DNA of 64,000 nucleotides. Source: an uncultured Ohtaekwangia sp. Lineage in GTDB: Bacteria; Bacteroidota; Bacteroidia; Cytophagales; Cyclobacteriaceae. Shown piece by piece: positions 46,875-56,700 of the stretch (within the stretch, counting starts at the first letter, position 1; each line of letters begins with the position of its first letter). The notes under the pieces are model-generated. The model searched no databases and was not told where the DNA came from. It saw only the letters and a program-made list of their open reading frames with translations. The stretch is from the NCBI GenBank assembly GCA_964395905.1, contig CAYNCP010000002.1:117320-181319 (forward strand). Reading direction: 5' to 3'. A program made the translations under genes and the position numbers.

Positions 46875-47237
46875 CTAGTTATGTATAAACTCAAATGGAA
46901 CGCTGACCAGTTCAGCAAGTTCCTCACCAATTTCTTCCATGTCTTCATCATCTTCCTTAAAGTACCAGTTTACTTTTGCTCCACTTATTTTTTCTAATAA
47001 GGTAATGATATCCAATACAGATTTTGAAGATTCCGTGTTAAGATACTCAAATTTAAATGTAAAGTAGGTTGCAGGAAGCGGGTCAGATGCGTATTCCTGC
47101 AGCCATTCCGTCACAGGCTGGTAAAATGTTGCCGGGTTGTCGCATAACGACCGCCCGCTAATTTCAAATAGACCCTGGCGTGCATCAAGATTCACTTCAG
47201 GTGTTTCATTGGTAGCTGATATATGTAATGGATTCAT
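46875..47237 (-). CDS. SiaC-family (DUF1987) regulatory phosphoprotein
   Basis: ATNETPEV, ISGRS..DN...FYQPV.EW, FEYLNT68ESSK, VNWY..EDDEDM.E.GEE. Confidence 0.88.
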   Translation of the reverse strand: MNPLHISATNETPEVNLDARQGLFEISGRSLCDNPATFYQPVTEWLQEYASDPLPATYFTFKFEYLNTESSKSVLDIITLLEKISGAKVNWYFKEDDEDMEEIGEELAELVSVPFEFIHN

Positions 47238-47385
47238 TCGTCTTTATAATAATATATGAATGAAATCAGACGATCAAAAGGCGCTTATTGACAATATGAA
47301 TTCAGCCATGATCTTTCGGTCCAATTTAGAGGATTATGCGATATAAATAAAGAAAAGGAAGGGTAGTTCTTGTTGGGTTAAAAAA

Positions 47386-47853
47386 TTAAATCAGATTCTC
47401 CTTATTGAAGCTGTACGGCAAAAGGAAGGAGGCGGACGGAAAAATTACCCAATTCGATTCCTTGGTTAACATTACAATTTGAATCGGTTTTTTTTGAGTG
47501 GCCTCAAACTCCGACATGACTTGCCGGCAGGCCCCACATGATGTGGCGGCTACCAGGTCTTTTTGATTCTTTTTGTGTGCTACTACTGCTATTTTCTTAA
47601 TGCTTTTATTAGGATGAGCTGCTGCGGCAGCATAAAGCGCCACCCTTTCGGCACACATGCAAAGCGGATAGGCAGCGTTTTCATGATTTGCACCGGTAAC
47701 TACCATGTCATCTTCCAGGATGATGGCGGCACCCACATAAAACTTTGAATAGGGGGCATAGGCGTGATGAGCAGCATCTTTGGCTTTGTGGACAAGGTAT
47801 TTCGACTCTGAATCGAGACCTTCAATGTGCTCGAATGTTTGCAGTCCTTTCAT
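47386..47853 (-). CDS. cdd: Cytidine deaminase (homotetrameric type)
   Basis: AYAPYSKFYVGAA, GANHENAAYP..MCAER, CGACRQ, LLPYSF. Confidence 0.93.
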   Translation of the reverse strand: MKGLQTFEHIEGLDSESKYLVHKAKDAAHHAYAPYSKFYVGAAIILEDDMVVTGANHENAAYPLCMCAERVALYAAAAAHPNKSIKKIAVVAHKKNQKDLVAATSCGACRQVMSEFEATQKKPIQIVMLTKESNWVIFPSASFLLPYSFNKENLI

Positions 47854-47997
47854 TGGTGAAAAGGAAGTACCCTATTAAAAATAATAAAGCTTCTTGTTCC
47901 TAAAAAGTATTTGGTCATAATTCGTTTAATTTGGCGCCAGATTTAAAGGGGTCGGATTCTTTTACTTAAGATCAATAAGAGGTCGAATCAAAATAAT

Positions 47998-49344
47998 ATG
48001 AAAAAATCAATCCTGGTGTTGGGTGCAGGCAGGTCTTCATCAGCACTCATTTCCTATCTATTGGAAAATGCTGAAAATGGAGGTTGGCAGGTAACTGTAG
48101 GTGATTACATGGAGCAGGCGGCAAAAGACAGGATTGGCCATTCAAAATTTGGCACAGCCATCCGATTTAATATTGAGGAAACGGAATTGTGCAGCGAGGC
48201 GGTGTCAGCAGCAGATGTTGTCATTTCATTGGTTCCTGCAGATTTGCATCCCCGGGTGGCTGAGCTATGTTTAAAGTTCAACAAGCACTTGCTTACAGCA
48301 AGCTATGTTTCGGATAAAATGCAATCCTATCATGAGGATGCAAAGTCCAAAGGTTTGTTGTTCATGAATGAGTGTGGCCTCGATCCCGGGATTGATCACA
48401 TGAGTGCCATGGAGGTCATTGACAAGATCAAAGAAAGGGGAGGCAGGATATTATCCTTCGAATCCTTTGCAGGTGGACTGATTGCCCCTGAAACTGATCC
48501 TGACAATCCATGGCGCTATAAGTTTACCTGGAACCCACGCAATGTAGTGATAGCGGGCCAGGGGGTGGCCAAATTCATTGAGCAAGGGGAATACAAATTC
48601 ATTCCCTATCAGCAATTATTTAAACGCACCACCAATGTTCACATTCATGGGTATGGAGATTATCAAGGATACGCCAATCGAGACTCCTTAAAATATATCG
48701 ATACCTATGGATTGAACGGTGTAAAAACCATGGTTCGTGGAACATTGCGCAATGAAGGATTTTGTGCTGCCTGGAATGTTTTGGTACAGCTGGGGTGCAC
48801 CGATGATACCTATCAGATGGAAGGCGTGGATAAGATGACGCACCGCGACTTCATTAATGCTTTCTTGCCTTACTCTAAAGTAGACATGCTGGAGGGAAAA
48901 CTGGCCAATCGATTTGGTTTAGACGAATCTGGATTTGAGATACAAAAATTGAAATGGTCTGGATTCTTCGAACAAGAAAGAATAGGCTTGGACAGAGGCA
49001 CACCGGCTCAAATACTGGAACATATTCTGAACAAGAAATGGAAATTAGAACCGGTGGATAAAGACATGGTGGTGATGTGGCATCGCTTTACTTACGAAAT
49101 TGAAAATGAAAAGAGGGAAATTCAAACTCACCTCATCCTTAAGGGAGTGGATGCAGTGCATACTGCAATGGCTAAGGGAGTGGGTTTGCCGCTGGCCATT
49201 GGGGCTAAACTTCTTTTGAAAGGCAAATTAAAGCAGCGTGGTGTGTGCATACCAGTGGACAAGGAAATCTATTTACCCATTCTTGAGGAATTGGGAACGC
49301 TCGGAATTCATTCTGAGGAAACGGAAAAGTTGGTTACGGGTTAG
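47998..49344 (+). CDS. Saccharopine dehydrogenase family protein
   Basis: LGAGRSS, TASYVS, ECGLDPGIDHMSA, YKFTWNPRNV, NRDS, RGTLR, AMAKGVG.P. Confidence 0.9.
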   Translation: MKKSILVLGAGRSSSALISYLLENAENGGWQVTVGDYMEQAAKDRIGHSKFGTAIRFNIEETELCSEAVSAADVVISLVPADLHPRVAELCLKFNKHLLTASYVSDKMQSYHEDAKSKGLLFMNECGLDPGIDHMSAMEVIDKIKERGGRILSFESFAGGLIAPETDPDNPWRYKFTWNPRNVVIAGQGVAKFIEQGEYKFIPYQQLFKRTTNVHIHGYGDYQGYANRDSLKYIDTYGLNGVKTMVRGTLRNEGFCAAWNVLVQLGCTDDTYQMEGVDKMTHRDFINAFLPYSKVDMLEGKLANRFGLDESGFEIQKLKWSGFFEQERIGLDRGTPAQILEHILNKKWKLEPVDKDMVVMWHRFTYEIENEKREIQTHLILKGVDAVHTAMAKGVGLPLAIGAKLLLKGKLKQRGVCIPVDKEIYLPILEELGTLGIHSEETEKLVTG

Positions 49345-49795
49345 GCACGTTGTTTTCATACGCTTCGTCTACCTTCAAATTACGACTTTGGGCGGCCTCT
49401 ACAGCAAGCTGATCGCATCGCTCATTCTCAGCATGACCAGCGTGACCTTTGATCCATTTAAATTTGGGTTTGAATTTGTGATGCAATGGAATATATCGCT
49501 TCCATAAATCGGGGTTGGCTTTCTTTTTGAAATTATTTTTCTCCCAATTCCAAAGCCAACCTTTCTCAATGGCCTCCACTACGTATTTCGAGTCGGAAAT
49601 TATTGTAACCGGAATCCCATTTTTTTTAATCGACTCCAACCCTGCAATTACTGCCATTAACTCCATTCGGTTGTTGGTGGTTAGCCGAAACCCTTCACTC
49701 AATTCCTTCTCGTGCTTACCATATCGCAGAATTGCCCCGTATCCTCCGGGCCCCGGATTCCCCTGGGCTGCCCCATCGGTAAAAATCTGAATCAT
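49334..49795 (-). CDS. rnhA: Ribonuclease HI
   Basis: FTDGA..GNPGPGGYG, TTNNRMEL, DSKYV, WIKGHAG..ENERCD. Confidence 0.96.
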   Translation of the reverse strand: MIQIFTDGAAQGNPGPGGYGAILRYGKHEKELSEGFRLTTNNRMELMAVIAGLESIKKNGIPVTIISDSKYVVEAIEKGWLWNWEKNNFKKKANPDLWKRYIPLHHKFKPKFKWIKGHAGHAENERCDQLAVEAAQSRNLKVDEAYENNVPNP

Positions 49796-49812
49796 GAGCG
49801 TTTAATAAGAAT

Positions 49813-50391
49813 TTATACAGTACCCAGGTTTGACTTGAAAATTTTAACAGCAATAGCCAGCAGGATGACGCCAAACACCCTGCGCAACACTGCAAATCCG
49901 GATTTACCAATTACCCGTTCCAGCCATCCGGATAATCTCAGTACGATGTAAACAAAAACAAGGTTAACTAAGATACCGATGAGTACATTAACCTCAGCAT
50001 ACACAGCCCTGAGGGACAAAATGGTGGTTAATGTGCCGGCTCCTGCAATTAGCGGAAAGGCAAGTGGCACTACGGATCCGGAACCGCTGGACTCAGGATC
50101 ATCTTTAATGAGCGTGATGCCGAGAATCATTTCTATGGCTACGATAAAAATAACGATGGCCCCGGCCAATGCAAAAGAGGCAACATCAAGTCCGAAAAGC
50201 ATAAGTATGGATTGCCCCAGGAAAAGAAATAGTACCATCAATACCGCTGAGATGATGGTTGCTTTCTCTGCATAAATTCTTCCATCTCTTTTCTTGATAA
50301 TTATGATTAGAGGAATAGCGCCCAAGATATCAATGACAGAGAACAGGATAAGGGTGACGGAAAAAACTTCGGTAAAACTGAATGAACTCAT
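49813..50391 (-). CDS. MarC family inner-membrane protein
   Basis: LFSVIDILG, VVPLAFPLIAGAG, RVFGVILLAIAV. Confidence 0.9.
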   Translation of the reverse strand: MSSFSFTEVFSVTLILFSVIDILGAIPLIIIIKKRDGRIYAEKATIISAVLMVLFLFLGQSILMLFGLDVASFALAGAIVIFIVAIEMILGITLIKDDPESSGSGSVVPLAFPLIAGAGTLTTILSLRAVYAEVNVLIGILVNLVFVYIVLRLSGWLERVIGKSGFAVLRRVFGVILLAIAVKIFKSNLGTV

Positions 50392-50445
50392 GTCGGATAA
50401 GTTTAAGCGACAAAAGTAAACAATTATCAGGTGCGGGAGTCAGGC

Positions 50446-51261
50446 CTATTCCTTCTTTTGAAAGTCAAAATTGTAGGTAAGGGATAGCTGAAAGGTATGA
50501 TTGTTTTCCGCGTCAACTGCATTGCCTTTAATGACGAATTGATTGAGGTAGCCTACCTGGACATTGGCGTGTGATGAGAACATATAGCCAAGTGCTCCAT
50601 ACAATCTGTTTTGGTCTAAATAGTTTAGCCCAAAATTGGAACCATACTGTAAGAACACTTCATCATAAGCACATAAAAAAACAGCTCCTTTTTCCATTGC
50701 AGTTTTATTGAGTGGGAGATTTACCAAAAAGCGATAACGCGCGCGGCTTCGATAGGTATAGCCGTCCTTTGAGGAAGTGCCATCACCGTTGTCGCGCCTG
50801 TTTTCGAGATAGCGTTGTTCCAGTCTGAATCTGTGGTTGAAGAAAAATCGTCCCGATGATTGCGTTAAGATCAATTGTTCCCAAATGCGATGTTCATGAA
50901 ATTTGAAAGCGATGGGCTGGTCCCCGTAAGGAAAGCTGACAATGAAACCATAACCGCCTGTTACCATAACCGTTGGCGATAATTTATAATCCAATCCTAT
51001 CCGGGAGAGCGACTGTTGCCATTCTTGAATTACGTCATCTCTTCGCCATTGGTATTCGGTATGCAGGCTTAATTTATCGTTAAGCTTGTGATTGCCAAAG
51101 TACATGTACCAGCCATGGTTCTGCGTAGATATATTTTTTTGTGACCAGACGGTAGTGGCCAGGCAAGTCATTGCAACTGCGGCAAAAATTGATTTGACTA
51201 TAATGGTTGGCTTTAATGCCTCAATGTTATGTTTCCTGGTAGTCGATTCCTCCATCATCAT
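50446..51261 (-). CDS. DUF2490-like outer-membrane beta-barrel protein; start uncertain
   Basis: HTEYQWR, EHRIWEQ, HRFRLEQR, RSRARYR, YDEVF, DQNRLYGALGY. Confidence 0.8.
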   Translation of the reverse strand: MMMEESTTRKHNIEALKPTIIVKSIFAAVAMTCLATTVWSQKNISTQNHGWYMYFGNHKLNDKLSLHTEYQWRRDDVIQEWQQSLSRIGLDYKLSPTVMVTGGYGFIVSFPYGDQPIAFKFHEHRIWEQLILTQSSGRFFFNHRFRLEQRYLENRRDNGDGTSSKDGYTYRSRARYRFLVNLPLNKTAMEKGAVFLCAYDEVFLQYGSNFGLNYLDQNRLYGALGYMFSSHANVQVGYLNQFVIKGNAVDAENNHTFQLSLTYNFDFQKKE

Positions 51262-51317
51262 TTTTCATATGTTTTCCATTCTCATGTACAAATGAGATGC
51301 CTCAATGTTTTTTTATT

Positions 51318-51740
51318 TCAGATCGTTTTTAGGAAGTACCGAATGGCTAAGGCATAGCCTTCCATGCCAAAACCAGTAATCAACCCAACACATTTGGAAG
51401 TAATAAGGCTTTTATATCTGAATTCTTCACGTGCATGAAGGTTTGAAATATGTACTTCAGCTACTTTAGTGGTAATAGCCCCTATGGCATCGTGAATGGC
51501 AATGGAGGTGTGAGTATAAGCCCCTGCATTCAATACAATGCCATCGTAAGAAAACCCAACTTCATGAAGTTTATTGATAATCTCCCCTTCTACATTGGAT
51601 TGGTAGTAGTCAATGCTAACATCCGGGAATTTCTTTTTAAGAACCACCAGAAAATCATCAAAGGATTGATCTCCATAAATCGACTTTTCGCGTGTTCCCA
51701 GCAAGTTCAGGTTAGGTCCGTTGATGATCTGAATTTTCAT
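51318..51740 (-). CDS. aroQ: Type II 3-dehydroquinate dehydratase
   Basis: INGPNLNLLGTRE..IYG, QSNVEGE, NAGAYTHTSIAIHDA, EVHISN...REEFR. Confidence 0.96.
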   Translation of the reverse strand: MKIQIINGPNLNLLGTREKSIYGDQSFDDFLVVLKKKFPDVSIDYYQSNVEGEIINKLHEVGFSYDGIVLNAGAYTHTSIAIHDAIGAITTKVAEVHISNLHAREEFRYKSLITSKCVGLITGFGMEGYALAIRYFLKTI

Positions 51741-51833
51741 TTTGGAAAGATAGCGGCTGCGTACCTATGAATCAATAGTTGTACATCCACAACGCCTACT
51801 TGTTTCTTGAATGGTGAATCTTGAATTTTGAGT

Positions 51834-52730
51834 ATGTGGGAGCAGCACATCAAACATTTTAGTAATTACCTTAAATTGGAAAGGTCACTTTCTGGCAATT
51901 CCATTGAAGCATACGTACGGGATATTGAAAAGCTCCGTCAATTTACGGAAATGACCCACAAAGAGGTCTCTGCCGTAAAAGTAACGGGCAAACACCTTCA
52001 GGGTTTTCTGACTTATGTCAACGAATTGGGACTGAGCGCACACAGCCAGGCACGCATTTTGTCTGGAGTGAAGGCTTTTTACAAGTATTTGTTATTCGAG
52101 GAAATGATTGACAAGGATCCCACGCAATTGATCGAAGGCCCCAAGTTGGGTAGGAAGTTGCCGGACACGCTGAGTTACCCCGAAATAGAAAACCTGCTAG
52201 GGGCGATTGATATGTCGTCACCGGAAGGTAGCCGCAACAGAGCCATGCTTGAAGTACTCTACAGTTCGGGATTGCGCGTATCTGAATTGATAGAATTGAG
52301 AATAAACAACGTTTACTTCGATGTTGGGTTTTTACGTGTAATCGGGAAGGGCAACAAAGAGCGCCTGGTACCGATTGGAAAAGATGCACTTAAGTTTTTA
52401 AAAATTTACAAAGATCAAATCAGGGTTCACATCCCTGTGCAAAAGGGATATGAGAGTTATATGTTTTTAAACCGGAGGGGAAGGAAACTTTCTCGGGTGA
52501 TGATCTTTACCATCATCAAGCAATTGGCAAAGCGCATTGGCTTAAGAAAGGTGGTAAGCCCGCATACCTTCAGGCATTCCTTTGCTACCCATTTGATTGA
52601 GGGTGGGGCAGACTTAAGGGCAGTTCAGGAAATGCTTGGCCATGAATCCATTACCACTACCGAAATATATACGCACCTGGACAGGGATTATTTAAGGCAA
52701 GTGATCCAGGAATTTCATCCGAGAAGTTAA
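51834..52730 (+). CDS. xerD: Site-specific tyrosine recombinase XerD
   Basis: LYSSGLRVSEL, GKGNKERLVP, SPHTFRHSFATHL, VQEMLGHESITTTEIY; core context between aroQ and pyrD. Confidence 0.9.
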   Translation: MWEQHIKHFSNYLKLERSLSGNSIEAYVRDIEKLRQFTEMTHKEVSAVKVTGKHLQGFLTYVNELGLSAHSQARILSGVKAFYKYLLFEEMIDKDPTQLIEGPKLGRKLPDTLSYPEIENLLGAIDMSSPEGSRNRAMLEVLYSSGLRVSELIELRINNVYFDVGFLRVIGKGNKERLVPIGKDALKFLKIYKDQIRVHIPVQKGYESYMFLNRRGRKLSRVMIFTIIKQLAKRIGLRKVVSPHTFRHSFATHLIEGGADLRAVQEMLGHESITTTEIYTHLDRDYLRQVIQEFHPRS

Positions 52731-52760
52731 AGCATTACCTTTGTTGACTTGTTCAGCTTG

Positions 52761-53792
52761 ATGTATAAATTTTTTATCCGGCCCATTCTTTTTCTATTCG
52801 ATCCCGAGGCCATTCATCATTTCGTTTTCAAAACACTTTCATTCAAAGGAAAAATACCCGGTTTCAAAGGCCTGCTCAGCATGTTTTTTGACTATCATAA
52901 TCCGATTCTTGAAAAAGAGGTTTTTGGAATCAGGTTTGCAAACCCGGTTGGTTTAGCTGCAGGATTTGATAAAGATGCCAGGTTGATCGATGAGTTGGCC
53001 TGCTTTGGTTTTGGATTTATTGAAATAGGCACTCTTACTCCCCGTGCCCAGGTGGGCAATGAGAAACCTCGCTTATTCAGGCTACCTAAAGATGGCGCAT
53101 TAATCAATCGCATGGGCTTTAACAATGAAGGACTCGAAGCGGCTGTTGCGAGGTTGCGAAAGAGAAATTCGAAAGTGATTATAGGCGGAAATATTGGAAA
53201 GAATAAAGACACGCCCAACGACAAAGCGTTTTCGGATTACATGTTGTGTTTTGAAGCACTTCATCCGCATGTTGATTATTTTGTAGTGAATGTAAGTTCG
53301 CCCAATACACCGGGTCTCAGGGAACTTCAGGACAAAGAACCTTTGAAAAGGCTGCTTTCCCATGTGAAGGGACTAAGCCGATCCAAAGAGAAAGTGAAGC
53401 CTGTGCTGTTGAAAATTGCTCCCGATCTAACCACTTCACAATTGGACGACATTGTGGAAATTCTCACTGAGACTAAAACGGATGGCGTAATCGCGACCAA
53501 CACCACCGTCAGCAGAGATAATTTATTGACAGCCACGGAGGAGGTGACGGCCATGGGGGCCGGGGGACTAAGTGGAAAGCCCCTGACATTGAAAGCCAAT
53601 GAAGTCATCCGCTATTTAAGGGAAAAACTTCCTCATCGTTATCCCATTATCGGGGTTGGGGGAATCATGACAACGCAGGATGCCCTGGATAAGCTGGATG
53701 CAGGAGCGGATTTAATTCAGATTTATACCGGTTTTGTTTATGAAGGGCCGGGATTTGTCAAAAAGATAAACAAAGCGATTCTTAGGAAATAG
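52761..53792 (+). CDS. pyrD: Quinone-dependent dihydroorotate dehydrogenase
   Basis: [51 protein letters not shown]; TACCTTTG promoter element at 52736-52743. Confidence 0.96.
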   Translation: MYKFFIRPILFLFDPEAIHHFVFKTLSFKGKIPGFKGLLSMFFDYHNPILEKEVFGIRFANPVGLAAGFDKDARLIDELACFGFGFIEIGTLTPRAQVGNEKPRLFRLPKDGALINRMGFNNEGLEAAVARLRKRNSKVIIGGNIGKNKDTPNDKAFSDYMLCFEALHPHVDYFVVNVSSPNTPGLRELQDKEPLKRLLSHVKGLSRSKEKVKPVLLKIAPDLTTSQLDDIVEILTETKTDGVIATNTTVSRDNLLTATEEVTAMGAGGLSGKPLTLKANEVIRYLREKLPHRYPIIGVGGIMTTQDALDKLDAGADLIQIYTGFVYEGPGFVKKINKAILRK

Positions 53793-53795
53793 CAT

Positions 53796-56700
53796 TTACT
53801 TTTTTACAGTAATGTACCCTGACAAAGCTTTCCTGCCACTCTTGAATTCGATTTTGTAAAAGTAGATACCTGTTGTGACATCATCACCGTGCTTATTGAT
53901 CCCTTTAAATACGCGGGTATCGTTGTCATAGTTCTCGACCTCAAAAACAAGATCACCCCAGCGGTTGTAAATGGTCACCTTGTTTTCTTTGGTGTCTGGT
54001 AGTGTTTCAATATTTTGAATGATCCACTTACCGTTAAACAAGTCTCCGTTTGGTGAAATGCCGTTGTAGATGATGACATCTCCATCCACATTGATTATAA
54101 ATTCTTGTTGGGTGCAGACATTAACCATGTCACATGCTTCTATTGTAATTCTATCTTGCCCTGCAAATGAAACTGCAAAATAATTGATGTTAAGAATACC
54201 ATTGGTAATCGAAGCACTGGCACCACTAATTGGTTGTATTAAAATCTTTATTGAATTTGGATCCAGGTTACCATCAACATCATTGATTAATGTATTTAAG
54301 TCAAAGGTTGCAATTCCCGCTATTGTTGTTGAGGTGCTTGCCGTTGCAATTACCGGAGGGCTGTTGCTACAGCTTGAACCGCCAATTGTGGCTACCACGG
54401 GTGTTCGGGTACTTTCGCATATTCCATCATTGATGGCTACATAATAAGTAGTCGTTGAGCTGATCACAGGAGTTGTAAACATAGAGTTGACTTGACCAGG
54501 AATAGATGTTCCTCCAGTTGGCGTATCATACCAAACATAGTTGCCATTTATCCCACCGGCAGCACTTAGCGTTACGGCTCCTGCACCGCAGCTAATGCCA
54601 TCGGTGGAAGTTGGAGCGGTTGGAGTTGCATTGATAGTGGCGACCACAGAAGTACGTGTGCTTTCACATGTTCCATTGTTGATACTGACATAGTAAGTTG
54701 TTGTACCTGCAAGTACAGGAGTTGTGTAGGAGCTACTGGTTTCCCCAGCAATGGGGATTCCTCCAGATGCAACGGTGTACCATCGATACTGTCCATTGGT
54801 GCCGCCCGTAGCGTTGAGGGTTACTGTACCTGTATTGCAGCGCGAAGCATCGGTAGTTGAGGGTTGCGCAACAATCGTGACAGTTGCGGTCACTGCCGTT
54901 CTTGAACTCTCACACGTTCCATTGTTGATGGCAACGTAGTAGGTCGTGGTAACAGACAGGATCGGGGTAGTGAGTGAACTATTAACCTGACCTGCAATTG
55001 CAACACCTCCGCTTGGCGAGGTGTACCATCGATAGTTTCCGTCAGTAGAGCCGGAAGCTGTAAGTGTTAACGCTGCCGGGCTGCATGTTGACGCTGATGT
55101 GGTTACAGGAGGTGAGATTCCCGAAGGTATTTTGGTGGCAACAACAGGAACTCTTGGACTTTCACAAACAGCATCGACCAACGTCACATAGTAGGTTGTG
55201 GTGGCGTCAAAACTTGAAATTGTTAGGGATCCATTTGTTTCACCGGCAATCGGTGTGCCACCGGATGCAACAGTGTACCATTGATATTGGCCATTGCTTC
55301 CGCCACAGGCTGAAATGGTAATTGTATCTATACAACTGGAGTTGTCGATAGCGGTGGGAATAGGAACGCAATTGTTATCAACCATTGCGATTCCATTTTG
55401 AAGCAAATTGTTCCAACGATCGAAATAACCTGCTACCAATACCCTGTTCCCGGATGTAGGAGCAATACTGGTAACTAGAGAATTTGCGCCAACACCTGCA
55501 TCAAAGAAATTATCCACGCTTCCATCAGGATATAATCTTGCGATAAAATTTCTTGGGCTGCCATTGTAATTTTGAAACCAACCACCAATTAAAATTTTAC
55601 CTGAGGGATCGAATAGTATTTTATAGATTCCAAGGTCAGTACCTGTGCCATCATCAAAGGTATTGTCCAGGGATCCGTTGACGTTTAGCCTTCGCAATTC
55701 AGTTCGATTGATGTCGTGAACAATTTTTCCGTCTGGCTGAATGGCAGTAACATTGACATTACCTGCCGTTGTAGGAACTGTAAAACCTGAATCTATACTT
55801 CCATTTGCATTCAGTCTGACGATGGTCTGGACGGAAGCGGCATTATAGGTAGTAAAAACCCCTCCAACCAGGACTTGGCCATTGGGCTGGATTTGAATTG
55901 AATTCACCGAACCATTAAATCCCGTACCAATACCAAAACTACCATCAATAGAACCGTTGGAATTCAATCTGATTATTCGGTTTACCAACGTGCCATTGTA
56001 GCTTGTGAATGCCCCGCCAAGGACTATTTTATTATCAGATTGAATAGCTATAGCATTTACATTATTATTAAATCCGGATTGACTTGAGTTAAAAGTCGCA
56101 TCAATGCTTCCATTTGAGTTGAACCTCACGATCCTTCCATAATTGGTACCTGCTATATTAGTGAATCGCCCAACAAGAAGAACCTTGCCATCAGACTGCA
56201 AAGCAATTCTGTCACCCCTTCCGGAAAAAACTGTAAACGGCCATTGTGTAAATCCGGGATCAAGAGATCCGTTGCTCAGCAATCTGCACATGTTGTATTG
56301 AGACCCACCAGTTTCAAAGAAATTGAGTAGAATTTTTCCGTCTGGCTGAACGATCATGTCATCAATTTCTGAATAGTTGGATGGACTGTTGGCTACAGGT
56401 GAAAATGTATTCTCTAAAGCACCGGGCCCGCTATTGCCAATGTAAACTGATGATGTAAAGACGTCTGAGGCATAGGTGCCTGAGATTTTGCATCGATAGT
56501 TGCCTTTTCCAAATCCTCCAGTCGTATTGATACTAAGGGTGGCTGTTGAAGAACCAGAATAGCCACCTGTATCGGAAAGGTCATCGTATACACCTGTTCC
56601 TTCATTAAATACCTGCCACCTATAAACCAGGCCAGGATTTCCTGAAGCAGATGTCGCCAAAGTCACAACGCCACCATTACAAGTGAAATTTTGAGATACC

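Noticed and set aside
33853-49344. Aspartate kinase plus saccharopine dehydrogenase as a hybrid lysine pathway cluster
   Set aside because: They are 13 kb apart and unlinked; both are ordinary Bacteroidota genes.
51834-52730. Tyrosine recombinase as a prophage or island integrase
   Set aside because: Full XerD-like sequence in a core aroQ-xerD-pyrD context, with no att repeats or mobile genes nearby.
54375-56420. Periodic DNA similarity that could be a CRISPR or non-coding repeat array
   Set aside because: The repeats are in-frame protein domains (Ig-like and delta-60) with synonymous divergence and no spacer structure.
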